Source: Anaerolineales bacterium
GTDB taxonomy: Bacteria > Chloroflexota > Anaerolineae > Anaerolineales > UBA11579
NCBI GenBank assembly: GCA_963675375.2
Contig: OY776212.2
Span: 1,651,404 to 1,715,403, forward strand
Length of the DNA: 64,000 nt
Direction: 5' to 3'
Shown: in pieces, positions 54,539 to 63,812 of the stretch
Layout of the letters: every line of letters begins with the position of its first letter
How positions within the stretch are numbered: the stretch's first letter is position 1
Notes under the pieces: model-generated
What the model saw: only the letters and a program-made list of their open reading frames with translations
Database searches by the model: none
What the model was told of the DNA's origin: nothing
Position numbers and translations under genes: made by a program

Positions 54539-57334
54539 ATGCTGCCTCACGAACCTAATTGGAAATTTGTATTTGCTGCTGTCGTCTTGGTGGGGGTAAT
54601 AGCCTTGCTGACGCCGTTTTCTGCACGGGGAGAAATCTTTTCTCTGCAAGGGAATGATCCGCAGCCAACACCACAGCCTTCTAATCCTGCTCCTAATTAT
54701 CGCCCCAGCTCTTCTGTCCCGTCTGAGGTGGTGGAAAGTATGGGTTTGATCACCCCCAGCATTGTAGGCGGTTCCATCGTAGAACCGGAAAACAAATACC
54801 CGTGGATGGTTTCACAGCAGATGGATGGAGAGCAATACTGCGCTGGTATTTTGATTGGTGGGGATGGCAGTACATCTGAGTGGGTGCTGACCTCCGCACA
54901 CTGCTGGGTAGATGGTGAAGGTATGCTCTATTCGATAACAGATGAAGTCATAGTATTAGGGGAATACAATTTGGTAACTGACTCAGGACATGAACAGGTG
55001 ATTGCCCCAGCCGCGGTATATATTCACCCTGAGTATGTGTACTTTCCTAAACAGTACGATCTGGCACTGGTGCAGTTGAGCACGCCTGCGGTGCTCAATG
55101 ACTACGTCCAGCCGATCTCGCTGACGCCATATAATCATATGGAAAACACCCCAGCGATCATTGCCGGGTGGGGAGCGACTTCCTTTGAAGGGGAATTCCC
55201 TGATGTGCTGTATGAGGCAGCAGTGGATATCTTGCCGGACAGCGCTTGTGATAGCTACAATGAGTTGTTTTACCCCGATTCGATGTTGTGCGCTGCATCA
55301 TCTGATTTTAGCCAGGATACCTGCTCTGGAGACAGGGGCGGCCCGCTCTTCTTTCAGGATGAGGGTGGGAATTGGGTGCTGGCCGGGGTAACCAGCTTTG
55401 GTTTTGAGTGTGCCCGGCCAGATTATCCTGGTATCTATGCAGATGTTTCTGCGGCCTTAGGCTGGATCCAAAATTATGTAACCTATGACTGCTCGCAGGT
55501 GACCACCATCCCGCAGAGTGAGTGTGAAGCTTTGGTGAGCCTGTATACAGCGACGAATGGGCCTGACTGGGATGAAAATACAGGTTGGCTGGAAGATGTG
55601 GAAATTTGTGATCAATGGTTTGGGGTAGATTGTGAAGATGGGCATGTAACTGGGATTGATTTTGAATATCTTTGGGTGGATCAAGAATTATCCGGCGTTA
55701 TTCCTTTTAGTATTGCAAATTTACCTTTTCTCAAAGTATTTGCTATACCTCACAACCAGGTCTCTGGTCCCATCCCAGCAGAATTGTGGACGTTATCTCA
55801 GCTAGAGGTATTGAATTTAGAGGACAACTTGTTTGATGGAGAGATTCCAGCAGCCATCTCAGCATTAAGTGCTCTCAAAGACATCAATCTACGAGAAAAT
55901 GCGTTTAGCGGTGACATTCCAGCAGAGATTTGGACGATGGATACTCTCGAGAAGCTGGTATTGGCGGAGAACGAATTTAGCGGTGAGCTTTCTAGTGCAA
56001 TTGTAAACTTGACTAATTTGGAATGGCTTGATCTGGCAGATAATTCTTTGGAGGGTAATATCCCATCTGAAGTCGGCGATAACCCTAATTTAGATCATGT
56101 GTCTTTGGCGTACAACAATTTCACAGGAGAGATTCCTTCCTTTGCCAATACTTTCAATTATTTGAATCTATCTCATAATGAATTAGAAGGAAATATCCCT
56201 GCGAGTTTATCGATTGAGTCTGCTTCAGATTTTAATCAAACCATTTTATTCCTTTCCCATAATAATCTAACCGGAATCATCCCGGATAACTTTTTAGAAG
56301 TGGCTTGGGTAGATCTTTCATATAATGCGTTGACTGGCGATGTGCCTGGATTCAGATCAAGTAGTTTGAACCTTTCTCATAATGAATTAGATGGGGTTGT
56401 TATTGAACCCAGTGGCCCCCGAGTTTATCCGGCTTTATCGCCATGGATAGATTTGTCTTACAATTATTTGAAAGGAACGCTTCCCGATTTTTATAAAGGC
56501 TTTTCGCAAATAAACCTATCTCATAATGAATTTACCGGTTCTATTTCGACACTACTAGCTACTATGAACCCTGATTTGGAAGATCTAAATGTTAGCTTTA
56601 ACCAACTTTCGGGAGATTTGCCAGAGGAATTTAGTACGCTGCGTTACTTTTCTGGTTTTTGGATGAACGATAATGCGATTTCGGGGGCTATTCCTTTGGT
56701 GTATATGGACCAGACTTTTGAAAATTTCCATTTTGAGAATACAAATATTTGTGAGCATGGCGGGCGGGATTTTCAAGATTGGTTGATGGGAATTCAGGAT
56801 TTGGAAAGATCAGGGCTTTTGTGCCCTGCCCCCGATCCGGTAGTCACATTTCTATCCCCGAAGGCCGGCGGTGTGCTTACCCAGCCGCGGGCGAACATTT
56901 TTATTGATGCCGAGGAAAATGGCAGTACGGTCACCGGGGTTGATTTTTATGCGTACTATTCAGGCGCGTGGCATCTTCTTGGGACTGATGAAAATGGGGA
57001 TGATGGCTGGCTGTATAAGTGGACGACACAGGATATTCCTGCGGAGACGGTGGATATCAAGGTGGTGGTCACCGATAATGTGTTGAACGAGGTAACCGCC
57101 CAATTGGATGACATCCGCGTGAGTGCGGTGAAATCTGTGGGGGATGAAGAGAACGGCTTTACCACCAGAGGCGGGGAGGACGATGAAGAAGAATCTCCAG
57201 CAGAAACAGCAGAAGAAACACCTGCACCTGTTGTGCAAGCGCCTGTTGTGGTGATTCCACTCGCACCTGTCGAAGCAGTGCATTTCCCGCCGCGGGCCGA
57301 TATTCTGGATGGGGGCAGGCAGTATTTGCAGTAA
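54539..57334 (+). CDS. secreted trypsin-fold (S1) domain + plant-type leucine-rich repeats + Ig-like domain protein; catalytic Ser replaced by Arg
   Basis: A signal or anchor helix, then IVGG, TSAHC (His57) and DLALVQL (Asp102), but DTCSGDRGGP instead of GDSGGP (codon AGG at 55334-55336). An LRR cap (LVSLYTATNGPDWDENTGW...WFGVDC) is followed by about 24-residue LxxLxLxxNxLxGxIP repeats. Confidence 0.8.
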   Translation: MLPHEPNWKFVFAAVVLVGVIALLTPFSARGEIFSLQGNDPQPTPQPSNPAPNYRPSSSVPSEVVESMGLITPSIVGGSIVEPENKYPWMVSQQMDGEQYCAGILIGGDGSTSEWVLTSAHCWVDGEGMLYSITDEVIVLGEYNLVTDSGHEQVIAPAAVYIHPEYVYFPKQYDLALVQLSTPAVLNDYVQPISLTPYNHMENTPAIIAGWGATSFEGEFPDVLYEAAVDILPDSACDSYNELFYPDSMLCAASSDFSQDTCSGDRGGPLFFQDEGGNWVLAGVTSFGFECARPDYPGIYADVSAALGWIQNYVTYDCSQVTTIPQSECEALVSLYTATNGPDWDENTGWLEDVEICDQWFGVDCEDGHVTGIDFEYLWVDQELSGVIPFSIANLPFLKVFAIPHNQVSGPIPAELWTLSQLEVLNLEDNLFDGEIPAAISALSALKDINLRENAFSGDIPAEIWTMDTLEKLVLAENEFSGELSSAIVNLTNLEWLDLADNSLEGNIPSEVGDNPNLDHVSLAYNNFTGEIPSFANTFNYLNLSHNELEGNIPASLSIESASDFNQTILFLSHNNLTGIIPDNFLEVAWVDLSYNALTGDVPGFRSSSLNLSHNELDGVVIEPSGPRVYPALSPWIDLSYNYLKGTLPDFYKGFSQINLSHNEFTGSISTLLATMNPDLEDLNVSFNQLSGDLPEEFSTLRYFSGFWMNDNAISGAIPLVYMDQTFENFHFENTNICEHGGRDFQDWLMGIQDLERSGLLCPAPDPVVTFLSPKAGGVLTQPRANIFIDAEENGSTVTGVDFYAYYSGAWHLLGTDENGDDGWLYKWTTQDIPAETVDIKVVVTDNVLNEVTAQLDDIRVSAVKSVGDEENGFTTRGGEDDEEESPAETAEETPAPVVQAPVVVIPLAPVEAVHFPPRADILDGGRQYLQ

Positions 57335-57356
57335 TTTCGGCTAAAAAATTTAATTC

Positions 57357-57398
57357 AAGACAGGACGTGCCTTTCAGGTGTGTCCTGTCTTTGCTTTT
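57357..57398 (+). terminator. intrinsic terminator
   Basis: aagacaggac - loop - gtcctgtctt followed by tgctttt. Confidence 0.7.
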
Positions 57399-57447
57399 CG
57401 GAGTAGGGGGCATTTTCCCAATCTATCGTGAATAAAAAAACAATTTC

Positions 57448-57506
57448 TTGACAGCCGGTTTTTTATTCTATATAATGACTTTGTAAGTTCGGCGAACAAA
57501 CAAAGT
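57448..57506 (+). promoter_or_regulatory. consensus sigma70-type promoter with overlapping palindromic operator
   Basis: TTGACA (57448-57453), 17 nt spacer, TATAAT (57471-57476). Immediately after comes the 29-nt near-palindrome actttgtaagttcggcgaacaaacaaagt (57478-57506), with 24 of 29 positions self-complementary. Confidence 0.65.
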
Positions 57507-57525
57507 AAACAGAATAGACTTTGAT

Positions 57526-58716
57526 ATGATGAAAAAAGCGACTCGTGAACAATCTAAGTTCCACAATAAATCCCTGATTCTCAACACAATCTATAACGCG
57601 AAACATATTTCTCGCGCAGACATCGCCCGTACCACCCATCTGACCCGCAGTACGGTTTCCGATACGGTTTCGGAGCTGATCGAGGAAGGTCTGGTAGCAG
57701 AAATTGGCTACGGCCAATCGGCAGGGGGCAAACCCCCCGTGCTGCTGCAAGTGGTGGATGATGCCCGCCAGATCATTGGCATTGACCTTGCCAGCGGTGA
57801 ATTCCGCGGGGCATTGGTGAACCTGCGCGGCGAAATAAATGAGCGCATCAATATTCCGATTGACGAGAAATCAGGCGACATGGCACTGGAGTTTGTGTAT
57901 GTGCTGGTCGAAAAACTGCTGGCCGCCGCCACCCAGCCGATCATGGGGATTGGCATCGGCGCCCCTGGGTTGATGGATTCGGATGAGGGCGTTGTGCTTA
58001 CGGCCGTCAACCTGGATTGGCAGGATTTGCCCCTCGTAGATCTGTTACAAGAAAGATACGACCTGCCGGTTTATATTGCCAACGACAGCCAGGTGAGCGC
58101 GTTGGCAGAATCTAAATTTGGCGCCGGAGATAAATCCCCCAACTTGCTGGTTGTCAAGATCAGCCGTGGTGTGGGTTCCGGTATCGTGATCGACCACCAG
58201 CTGTACCAGGGCGACAAGTACGGTGCCGGCGAAATCGGCCATATCAAGGTAGAAGAAGACGGCGAGCTGTGCCGCTGCGGCAATTACGGTTGTCTGGAAA
58301 CCAAGATCAGCAGCCGGGCCATTCGTAAGCAGGCCGGGCAGCTCTTAGCAGCTGACCCCGATTCAATTTTGCATGAATATGTCTCACCGGGCACCTCGGT
58401 GAGTTTAGAGAATGTGTATGCTGCCTATCAGGCTGGCGACCCGGCCGTGACTGAATTGATCGCCGCTGCCGGGCAGGATTTAGGCCGCTCGTTGGCCTTT
58501 ATCATCAGCGTTTTGAACATCAACCAGGTGATCGTGGCAGGCAGTATGTCGGTCTTTGAGGATGGACTTCTCAACCCGGCTTTAGAAGTGCTGCGCAAAA
58601 GCGTGCTGCCCAATATTGCCTATGACGTACAAATGGGGGCCAGCGTCTTGGGAGAAGAGATCGTGATATTAGGCGCGGCCGGCCTGGTGCTACAGCATGA
58701 ATTAGGACTTTTGTAG
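57526..58716 (+). CDS. ROK family transcriptional regulator (NagC/XylR-like)
   Basis: An N-terminal winged HTH (ISRADIARTTHLTRSTVSDTVSELIEEGLV) and the ROK zinc motif GHIKV...CRCGNYGCLE. Confidence 0.85.
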   Translation: MMKKATREQSKFHNKSLILNTIYNAKHISRADIARTTHLTRSTVSDTVSELIEEGLVAEIGYGQSAGGKPPVLLQVVDDARQIIGIDLASGEFRGALVNLRGEINERINIPIDEKSGDMALEFVYVLVEKLLAAATQPIMGIGIGAPGLMDSDEGVVLTAVNLDWQDLPLVDLLQERYDLPVYIANDSQVSALAESKFGAGDKSPNLLVVKISRGVGSGIVIDHQLYQGDKYGAGEIGHIKVEEDGELCRCGNYGCLETKISSRAIRKQAGQLLAADPDSILHEYVSPGTSVSLENVYAAYQAGDPAVTELIAAAGQDLGRSLAFIISVLNINQVIVAGSMSVFEDGLLNPALEVLRKSVLPNIAYDVQMGASVLGEEIVILGAAGLVLQHELGLL

Positions 58717-58735
58717 AAGGAAGAGACCCTACCGT

Positions 58736-60127
58736 ATGAATGATAGAAAATTCCTCACTCCCCCTGCAATCCTCCCACCACTAGACCCGGATTTCCGTCC
58801 GGCGGTGTTAGCGAACCGCGCTTTTCAGCAGGCAGTGGCAGCTTTAGAAAACCCGCAGAAATTGGTCATCGGCCTGGAACGGGTGGATGGCGCATTTACC
58901 CGCTATGAAATGGATGTGTTTCCAGAAGACCACCCCGATGCGCCCCATAATGGGTGGGTGGTAGAACGGATCCTCAAATTTTTGTTGTGGCAGCGCGGCG
59001 GCTGGAAGGTGTATATTGGCGGTTCTGAGCGCATTGGCCGCTACATTCAGGCAATTTATGCATCGGAAGGCCGCCAAAAATTTGATTATGACTTTATGGG
59101 CGAGATTTATGACCATCCCTTCACCGTCATTTCTTGCCCGGTAGAAGATGTGCCCCAAGAGAACGAACTGGAAAAAGCCTTAGGCCGCAATTTAGAAGGC
59201 AGCCGGATTGGCTTTGACCTGGGTGCCTCTGACTTGAAGGTCTCGGCTGTGGTGGATGGGGAGGCCATCTTCAGCACCGAGATCGAGTGGCAGCCGGTAG
59301 AACAGACGGATCCCGCGTATCATCGTGAGCGCATCCAGTCTGCCATAAACCTTGCCGCATCTAAATTGGCCCGGTTGGATGCCATAGGGGGGAGTTCAGC
59401 CGGGGTTTATGTCAATAACCGCCCGATGATCGCTTCGCTGTACCGCGGCATTCCCAAAGAGAAGTTCGACCGCATCCACAGTATGTTCCTCGACATCCGG
59501 GACGAGATGGGTGTGCCTTTGGAAATCGTCAACGATGGCGAAGTGACTGCCCTGGCAGGCTCCATGTCCCTGGAAGATAACAGCGTTTTGGGGATTGCGA
59601 TGGGTTCCAGCGAGGCGGCGGGTTATATTACCGAAAAGGGCAAGATCACCGATTGGCTCAACGAGCTGGCTTTTGCCCCGGTAGATTACCAGCAAGACGC
59701 CCCCCTGGATGAATGGTCTGGCGACCGGGGCGTGGGCGCTTTGTATTTCTCCCAGCAGTGTGTTTTCCGGCTGGCGCCTAAAGTGGGTATTCAGATTCCG
59801 GATGACTTGACCAATGCCCAGAAATTGAAATTCGTGCAGGAAAAATTAGAAGCCGGTACGGATAACGCCCATCAAATTTGGGAGAGCATGGGCGTATACC
59901 TGGGGTATGCAATTGCCCATTATGCCGATTTTTATCAGATCAAACATGTGCTCATCCTGGGGCGCTGCACTTCTGGCAAGGGCGGCACGCTCATTCTGGA
60001 AAATGCACAGCATGTCTTAGAAACCCAATTCCCAGCCCTGGCAGAGCAAATTGTCGTGCAGCTCCCGGACGAGAAAAGCCGCCGGGTAGGCCAGTCGATT
60101 GCGGCTGCCAGCTTACCACAACTATAA
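58736..60127 (+). CDS. ROK/ASKHA-fold sugar-kinase-like protein with an N-terminal extension
   Basis: 463 aa. The GFDLGASDLKVSAV phosphate-1-like motif starts near residue 170. No HTH is evident. Confidence 0.55.
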   Translation: MNDRKFLTPPAILPPLDPDFRPAVLANRAFQQAVAALENPQKLVIGLERVDGAFTRYEMDVFPEDHPDAPHNGWVVERILKFLLWQRGGWKVYIGGSERIGRYIQAIYASEGRQKFDYDFMGEIYDHPFTVISCPVEDVPQENELEKALGRNLEGSRIGFDLGASDLKVSAVVDGEAIFSTEIEWQPVEQTDPAYHRERIQSAINLAASKLARLDAIGGSSAGVYVNNRPMIASLYRGIPKEKFDRIHSMFLDIRDEMGVPLEIVNDGEVTALAGSMSLEDNSVLGIAMGSSEAAGYITEKGKITDWLNELAFAPVDYQQDAPLDEWSGDRGVGALYFSQQCVFRLAPKVGIQIPDDLTNAQKLKFVQEKLEAGTDNAHQIWESMGVYLGYAIAHYADFYQIKHVLILGRCTSGKGGTLILENAQHVLETQFPALAEQIVVQLPDEKSRRVGQSIAAASLPQL

Positions 60128-60143
60128 GAAGGATCACAGTTAG

Positions 60144-60992
60144 ATGAAGTTACGACACCCAAACGCACAAATTTATGTTCCCGACGGTTCTGACCCGGAA
60201 ACCGCCCTTTCCCGCACCACCCACCTGGGCATCAGCGCCCACCAGGACGATTTGGAAATTATGGCCGTAGACGGCATTCTGGCTTGCTTCCAGCAGCCCG
60301 GTAAATGGTTTACCGGTGTGGTGGTTACCAACGGCAGGGGTTCGCCGCGGGCAGGCATGTATGCCGACTACACGGATGAAGAAATGATGGCTATCCGGGT
60401 AGAAGAACAGAAAAAAGCGGCCTATGTGGGTGATTATTCCGCGCAGGCTTTTTTGGCTTACCCCAGCTCGGCAGTCAAAGACAAGAACAACACCGACCCG
60501 GTGGAAGACCTCAAAGCGATCATCACTGTCGCTCAGCCGGAAGTGGTTTACACCCATAACCTGGCCGACAAACACCCCACACATGTGGGTACGGTGGTTA
60601 AAGTGATCCGTGCGCTGCGCGAGCTGCCCGAAGCAAGCAAACCGAAAAAGGTGTACGGCTGCGAGGTGTGGCGCGGGTTGGATTGGGTGATGGATGAGGA
60701 GAAAGTGGTCTTCAACTGCTCCCAGCAGCCCAGCTTGCAGGAAGCTTTGTTGGGTGTCTTCGACTCCCAGATCACCGGCGGTAAACGCTATGACCTGGCG
60801 ACCATGGGACGCAGGACGGCGAATGCCACCTATTATGCTTCTCACAACACGGATGAAACCGACAGCCTGGCTTTTGCCATGGATTTAACCCCTTTGATTT
60901 ATGACGCCGAACTAGATATTCAGGCGTATGTCCTTGCATTTATCGAAAGATTTTCCCAAAATGTATCCCAATTAATAGGAGGTGTTTTATAA
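60144..60992 (+). CDS. PIG-L/LmbE family deacetylase
   Basis: GISAHQDDLEIM (AHxDD motif) and HPTHVG (HxxH). Confidence 0.75.
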   Translation: MKLRHPNAQIYVPDGSDPETALSRTTHLGISAHQDDLEIMAVDGILACFQQPGKWFTGVVVTNGRGSPRAGMYADYTDEEMMAIRVEEQKKAAYVGDYSAQAFLAYPSSAVKDKNNTDPVEDLKAIITVAQPEVVYTHNLADKHPTHVGTVVKVIRALRELPEASKPKKVYGCEVWRGLDWVMDEEKVVFNCSQQPSLQEALLGVFDSQITGGKRYDLATMGRRTANATYYASHNTDETDSLAFAMDLTPLIYDAELDIQAYVLAFIERFSQNVSQLIGGVL

Positions 60993-61077
60993 CGCGATTT
61001 TTCACACGTTATGGATTGAAAATAAGATTTTCAAAAATCTGAAACACAATTTGTATACAAAAGGAAACGGAGAAAAG

Positions 61078-62526
61078 ATGAAAAGCAAGAAACTCATTGT
61101 AGTACTTAGCATGCTCTTGATCGTAGCGATGCTCGCAGCATGCGGCGGTAACAATACGGCTAATACTGAAAATAACACCGCCAACAATATGGAAGAAAAC
61201 ACGACCAATGACATGGCGAATGAACCCGCCAATGACACCGCCAACACCCCCGCCGAGGATGAAGCCGAAGAGGCCGACACCGCAGACGAAGGTGAAGCGA
61301 TGGATTCAACCACCCTCAAGATCTATCTGTTGGACTACACCCCGGAGACGATTGAATGGTTGAACAGCGAGATTAACCCTGCTTTTGAAGCCGAACACCC
61401 CGGCGTCAAGGTTGAGATCACCGAAGGTTCGTGGAGTGGTTGGGACACCACCTTCAGCGGCTTCTTTGCAGCTAGCGAAGGCCCCGACATTATCAACCTG
61501 GGTTCCGAAATGAACACCCTCTACGGCGAAAGCCTGGCCGACATGGATGCCTACCTTGGCGAAGCTGCCTGGGCAGACATTGCTAACTTTGGCCCTGCGC
61601 TGGAAAATGCCAAATACGATGGCAAACTGCGCGGCCTGCCGATCTTCACCGCGCCTCGCTACGTGTTCTGCCGCGAAGACCTGATGGAAGACGCTGGCTG
61701 GACCACCGGCACCCCCCAGAACTTCGCTGAATGGGTGGCATTTGGTGAACAGGCTTCCGTGATTGATCCCGCAACCAATTCCCTCACCCAGCAGGCTTTA
61801 GTACCGGTAGATGCCGGCTCCATGGCCGACTGGCAGTGGTGGCTGTTGGTCTACTACTCCTTGGGCGGCGAACTGTACAAAGCAGACGGCACCCCCAACT
61901 TTGATTCCCCCGAAGCACTGGCAACAACCCAGTTCATGCTGGATATGCGCCAGTCCATCTACGGCTCTGCCCTGGACGCAGTTGGCTCTCTGCCCACCGG
62001 GCAAGGCTCTGTGATCGACGTTAATGACGAAACCGGCGAGAACAACGGCGGCGTATGTCTGGCACACTCTGGCTGGGCAGCCCCGGCCTTCGACCGAGAG
62101 ATCTGGGACACAATTTCCATCGACCCGTTCTATGGCGATCCGGAAAACTTCCCGAACAGCACCCCCGTAGTGTTGGCCTTCAACGACTGGTTGGCCGTAC
62201 CGGAATACAGCGACAATAAAGAATTGGCTGCTGAGTGGTTGAAGATGGCCTTCAGCAAAGAAGCTAACCACCGCTGGAACGAGACCATGGGTCTGATCCC
62301 CGCCCGCAATGACGCCCAGTATGGGTATGTCACCGACTCCCCGCAGCTGGCCCGCGAAGCGGAACTGGCCGCCGAATACGGCGTTGGTTTTGCCGGCATC
62401 GAAGAATCTGCGAAACTCTCCACCATCATGCAGGAAGCCTTGGGTAAATTGGTTACCGAAGAGCTGACCGTAGAGCAGGTTGTGGAAAAGATTCAGCAAG
62501 AATACACAGACGCACTGGCTGAGTAA
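61078..62526 (+). CDS. ABC transporter substrate-binding lipoprotein (solute-binding family 1, CUT1)
   Basis: Signal peptide plus lipobox MKSKKLIVVLSMLLIVAMLAACGG, followed by an Asn/Thr/acidic low-complexity linker. The track ORF begins earlier, at 60982. Confidence 0.8.
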   Translation: MKSKKLIVVLSMLLIVAMLAACGGNNTANTENNTANNMEENTTNDMANEPANDTANTPAEDEAEEADTADEGEAMDSTTLKIYLLDYTPETIEWLNSEINPAFEAEHPGVKVEITEGSWSGWDTTFSGFFAASEGPDIINLGSEMNTLYGESLADMDAYLGEAAWADIANFGPALENAKYDGKLRGLPIFTAPRYVFCREDLMEDAGWTTGTPQNFAEWVAFGEQASVIDPATNSLTQQALVPVDAGSMADWQWWLLVYYSLGGELYKADGTPNFDSPEALATTQFMLDMRQSIYGSALDAVGSLPTGQGSVIDVNDETGENNGGVCLAHSGWAAPAFDREIWDTISIDPFYGDPENFPNSTPVVLAFNDWLAVPEYSDNKELAAEWLKMAFSKEANHRWNETMGLIPARNDAQYGYVTDSPQLAREAELAAEYGVGFAGIEESAKLSTIMQEALGKLVTEELTVEQVVEKIQQEYTDALAE

Positions 62527-62648
62527 ACTACCCACCTTAGAACCAATCGGGCTGGCGGGACCCCGCCAGCCCGATTGGCCACTCTAGTGCACAAGATGAT
62601 GTATCAAAAAGGAGATCGGACTTCCTTTTTGATTGAGGAGTAAATCTT

Positions 62649-63803
62649 ATGATGGAAAATCCTTATCTGAATGCGCTCATTACCGCAGCGGGGGCACTTC
62701 TTTTTATTTTGCTTTCCAGCTTGGGGATTGGGGCATTTTCTCGCTGGGTAGCTAAATTGCGCGGCGCGTCGGCCAAAAAACAGGAAGAGACCTTTTCCGG
62801 TTATTTGTTTGCTGCGCCGTGGATCGTAGGTTTCTTGATCTTTGTGGTCATCCCACTCGGTTTCTCGCTCTATTGGAGCTTTACCGACTACCGGGTGACC
62901 TCCAGCACCCCGGCAGAATGGGTGGGTTGGGAGAATTATGCCAAACTGCTGCTTAAAGATGATGGTTTCCGTCAATCGATTGTCAACACGCTCTACCTGA
63001 CCGTGATCGGCCTGCCGCTCCAGATTGGAGTGGCGTTGGCTTTGGCAGTTTTGCTGAATCAGAAAATGCGCGGCGAGCGCGTTTTCCGTATGGCGTTTTA
63101 CCTGCCGGTGATCTTGGGCTTTAATACCGCGGTGCTGCTGTGCTGGCGCCTGATGCTCAACACCGGCACAGGCATTATCAACCAGCTGATCCGCGGCCTG
63201 GGCAATGTGTTTCCCCCCTTCCAGCTTTTCAACCGGGTGGTTATTTACGTTCAGGAAATCTCCAGCGCTTTTTTCCTCGGCATCAGCAACGGCAACTTTA
63301 ACCTGATGCAAAAGGTGATTGAAGCCGGTTTGCCGGTGGAGACGCGGGTGCCTTTGTGGGTGCAAAGCCCGCTGTGGTCTAAGATGTCGGTGGTGCTGCT
63401 GATGGTTTGGGGCTGCGGCACGATGATGCTGATCTTCTTGGCCGGGCTGAACAACATCCCCAAGGAGCTGAATGAAGCCGCCGAGGTGGATGGCGCTTCC
63501 CGCTGGAAACAGTTCTGGAAAATTTCCCTGCCGCTGCTCACCCCGCACATCTTCTATAACCTGGTGGTGGGGATGATCAATGCCCTGCAAATCTTTGAGC
63601 CTATCTTTGTGCTCTACCGGGATAACCAACCTTTGGTGTCCTCCTCTATTTCGATGGTCTATTATCTGTGGCAGGCCAGTTTCAGCCACTTCGAGATCGG
63701 CTACGGCTCTGCCATTTCGTGGGTCATCCTGGTGATCATCCTGATCATTACGTTCATCCAGTTCCGGCTGCAAGACCGCTGGGTGACCTACGACTTGTAT
63801 TAG
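62649..63803 (+). CDS. carbohydrate ABC transporter permease (MalF-like)
   Basis: Polytopic. The EAA-type loop EAAEVDGASRWKQFWKISLP is present. Confidence 0.85.
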   Translation: MMENPYLNALITAAGALLFILLSSLGIGAFSRWVAKLRGASAKKQEETFSGYLFAAPWIVGFLIFVVIPLGFSLYWSFTDYRVTSSTPAEWVGWENYAKLLLKDDGFRQSIVNTLYLTVIGLPLQIGVALALAVLLNQKMRGERVFRMAFYLPVILGFNTAVLLCWRLMLNTGTGIINQLIRGLGNVFPPFQLFNRVVIYVQEISSAFFLGISNGNFNLMQKVIEAGLPVETRVPLWVQSPLWSKMSVVLLMVWGCGTMMLIFLAGLNNIPKELNEAAEVDGASRWKQFWKISLPLLTPHIFYNLVVGMINALQIFEPIFVLYRDNQPLVSSSISMVYYLWQASFSHFEIGYGSAISWVILVIILIITFIQFRLQDRWVTYDLY

Positions 63804-63812
63804 GAGACTGCC

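Noticed and set aside
55690-56730. Periodic repetition that could be mistaken for a tandem DNA repeat or CRISPR-like array.
   Set aside because: The periodicity is at the protein level (24-residue leucine-rich repeats) with degenerate nucleotide sequence. There are no identical direct repeats separated by unique spacers.
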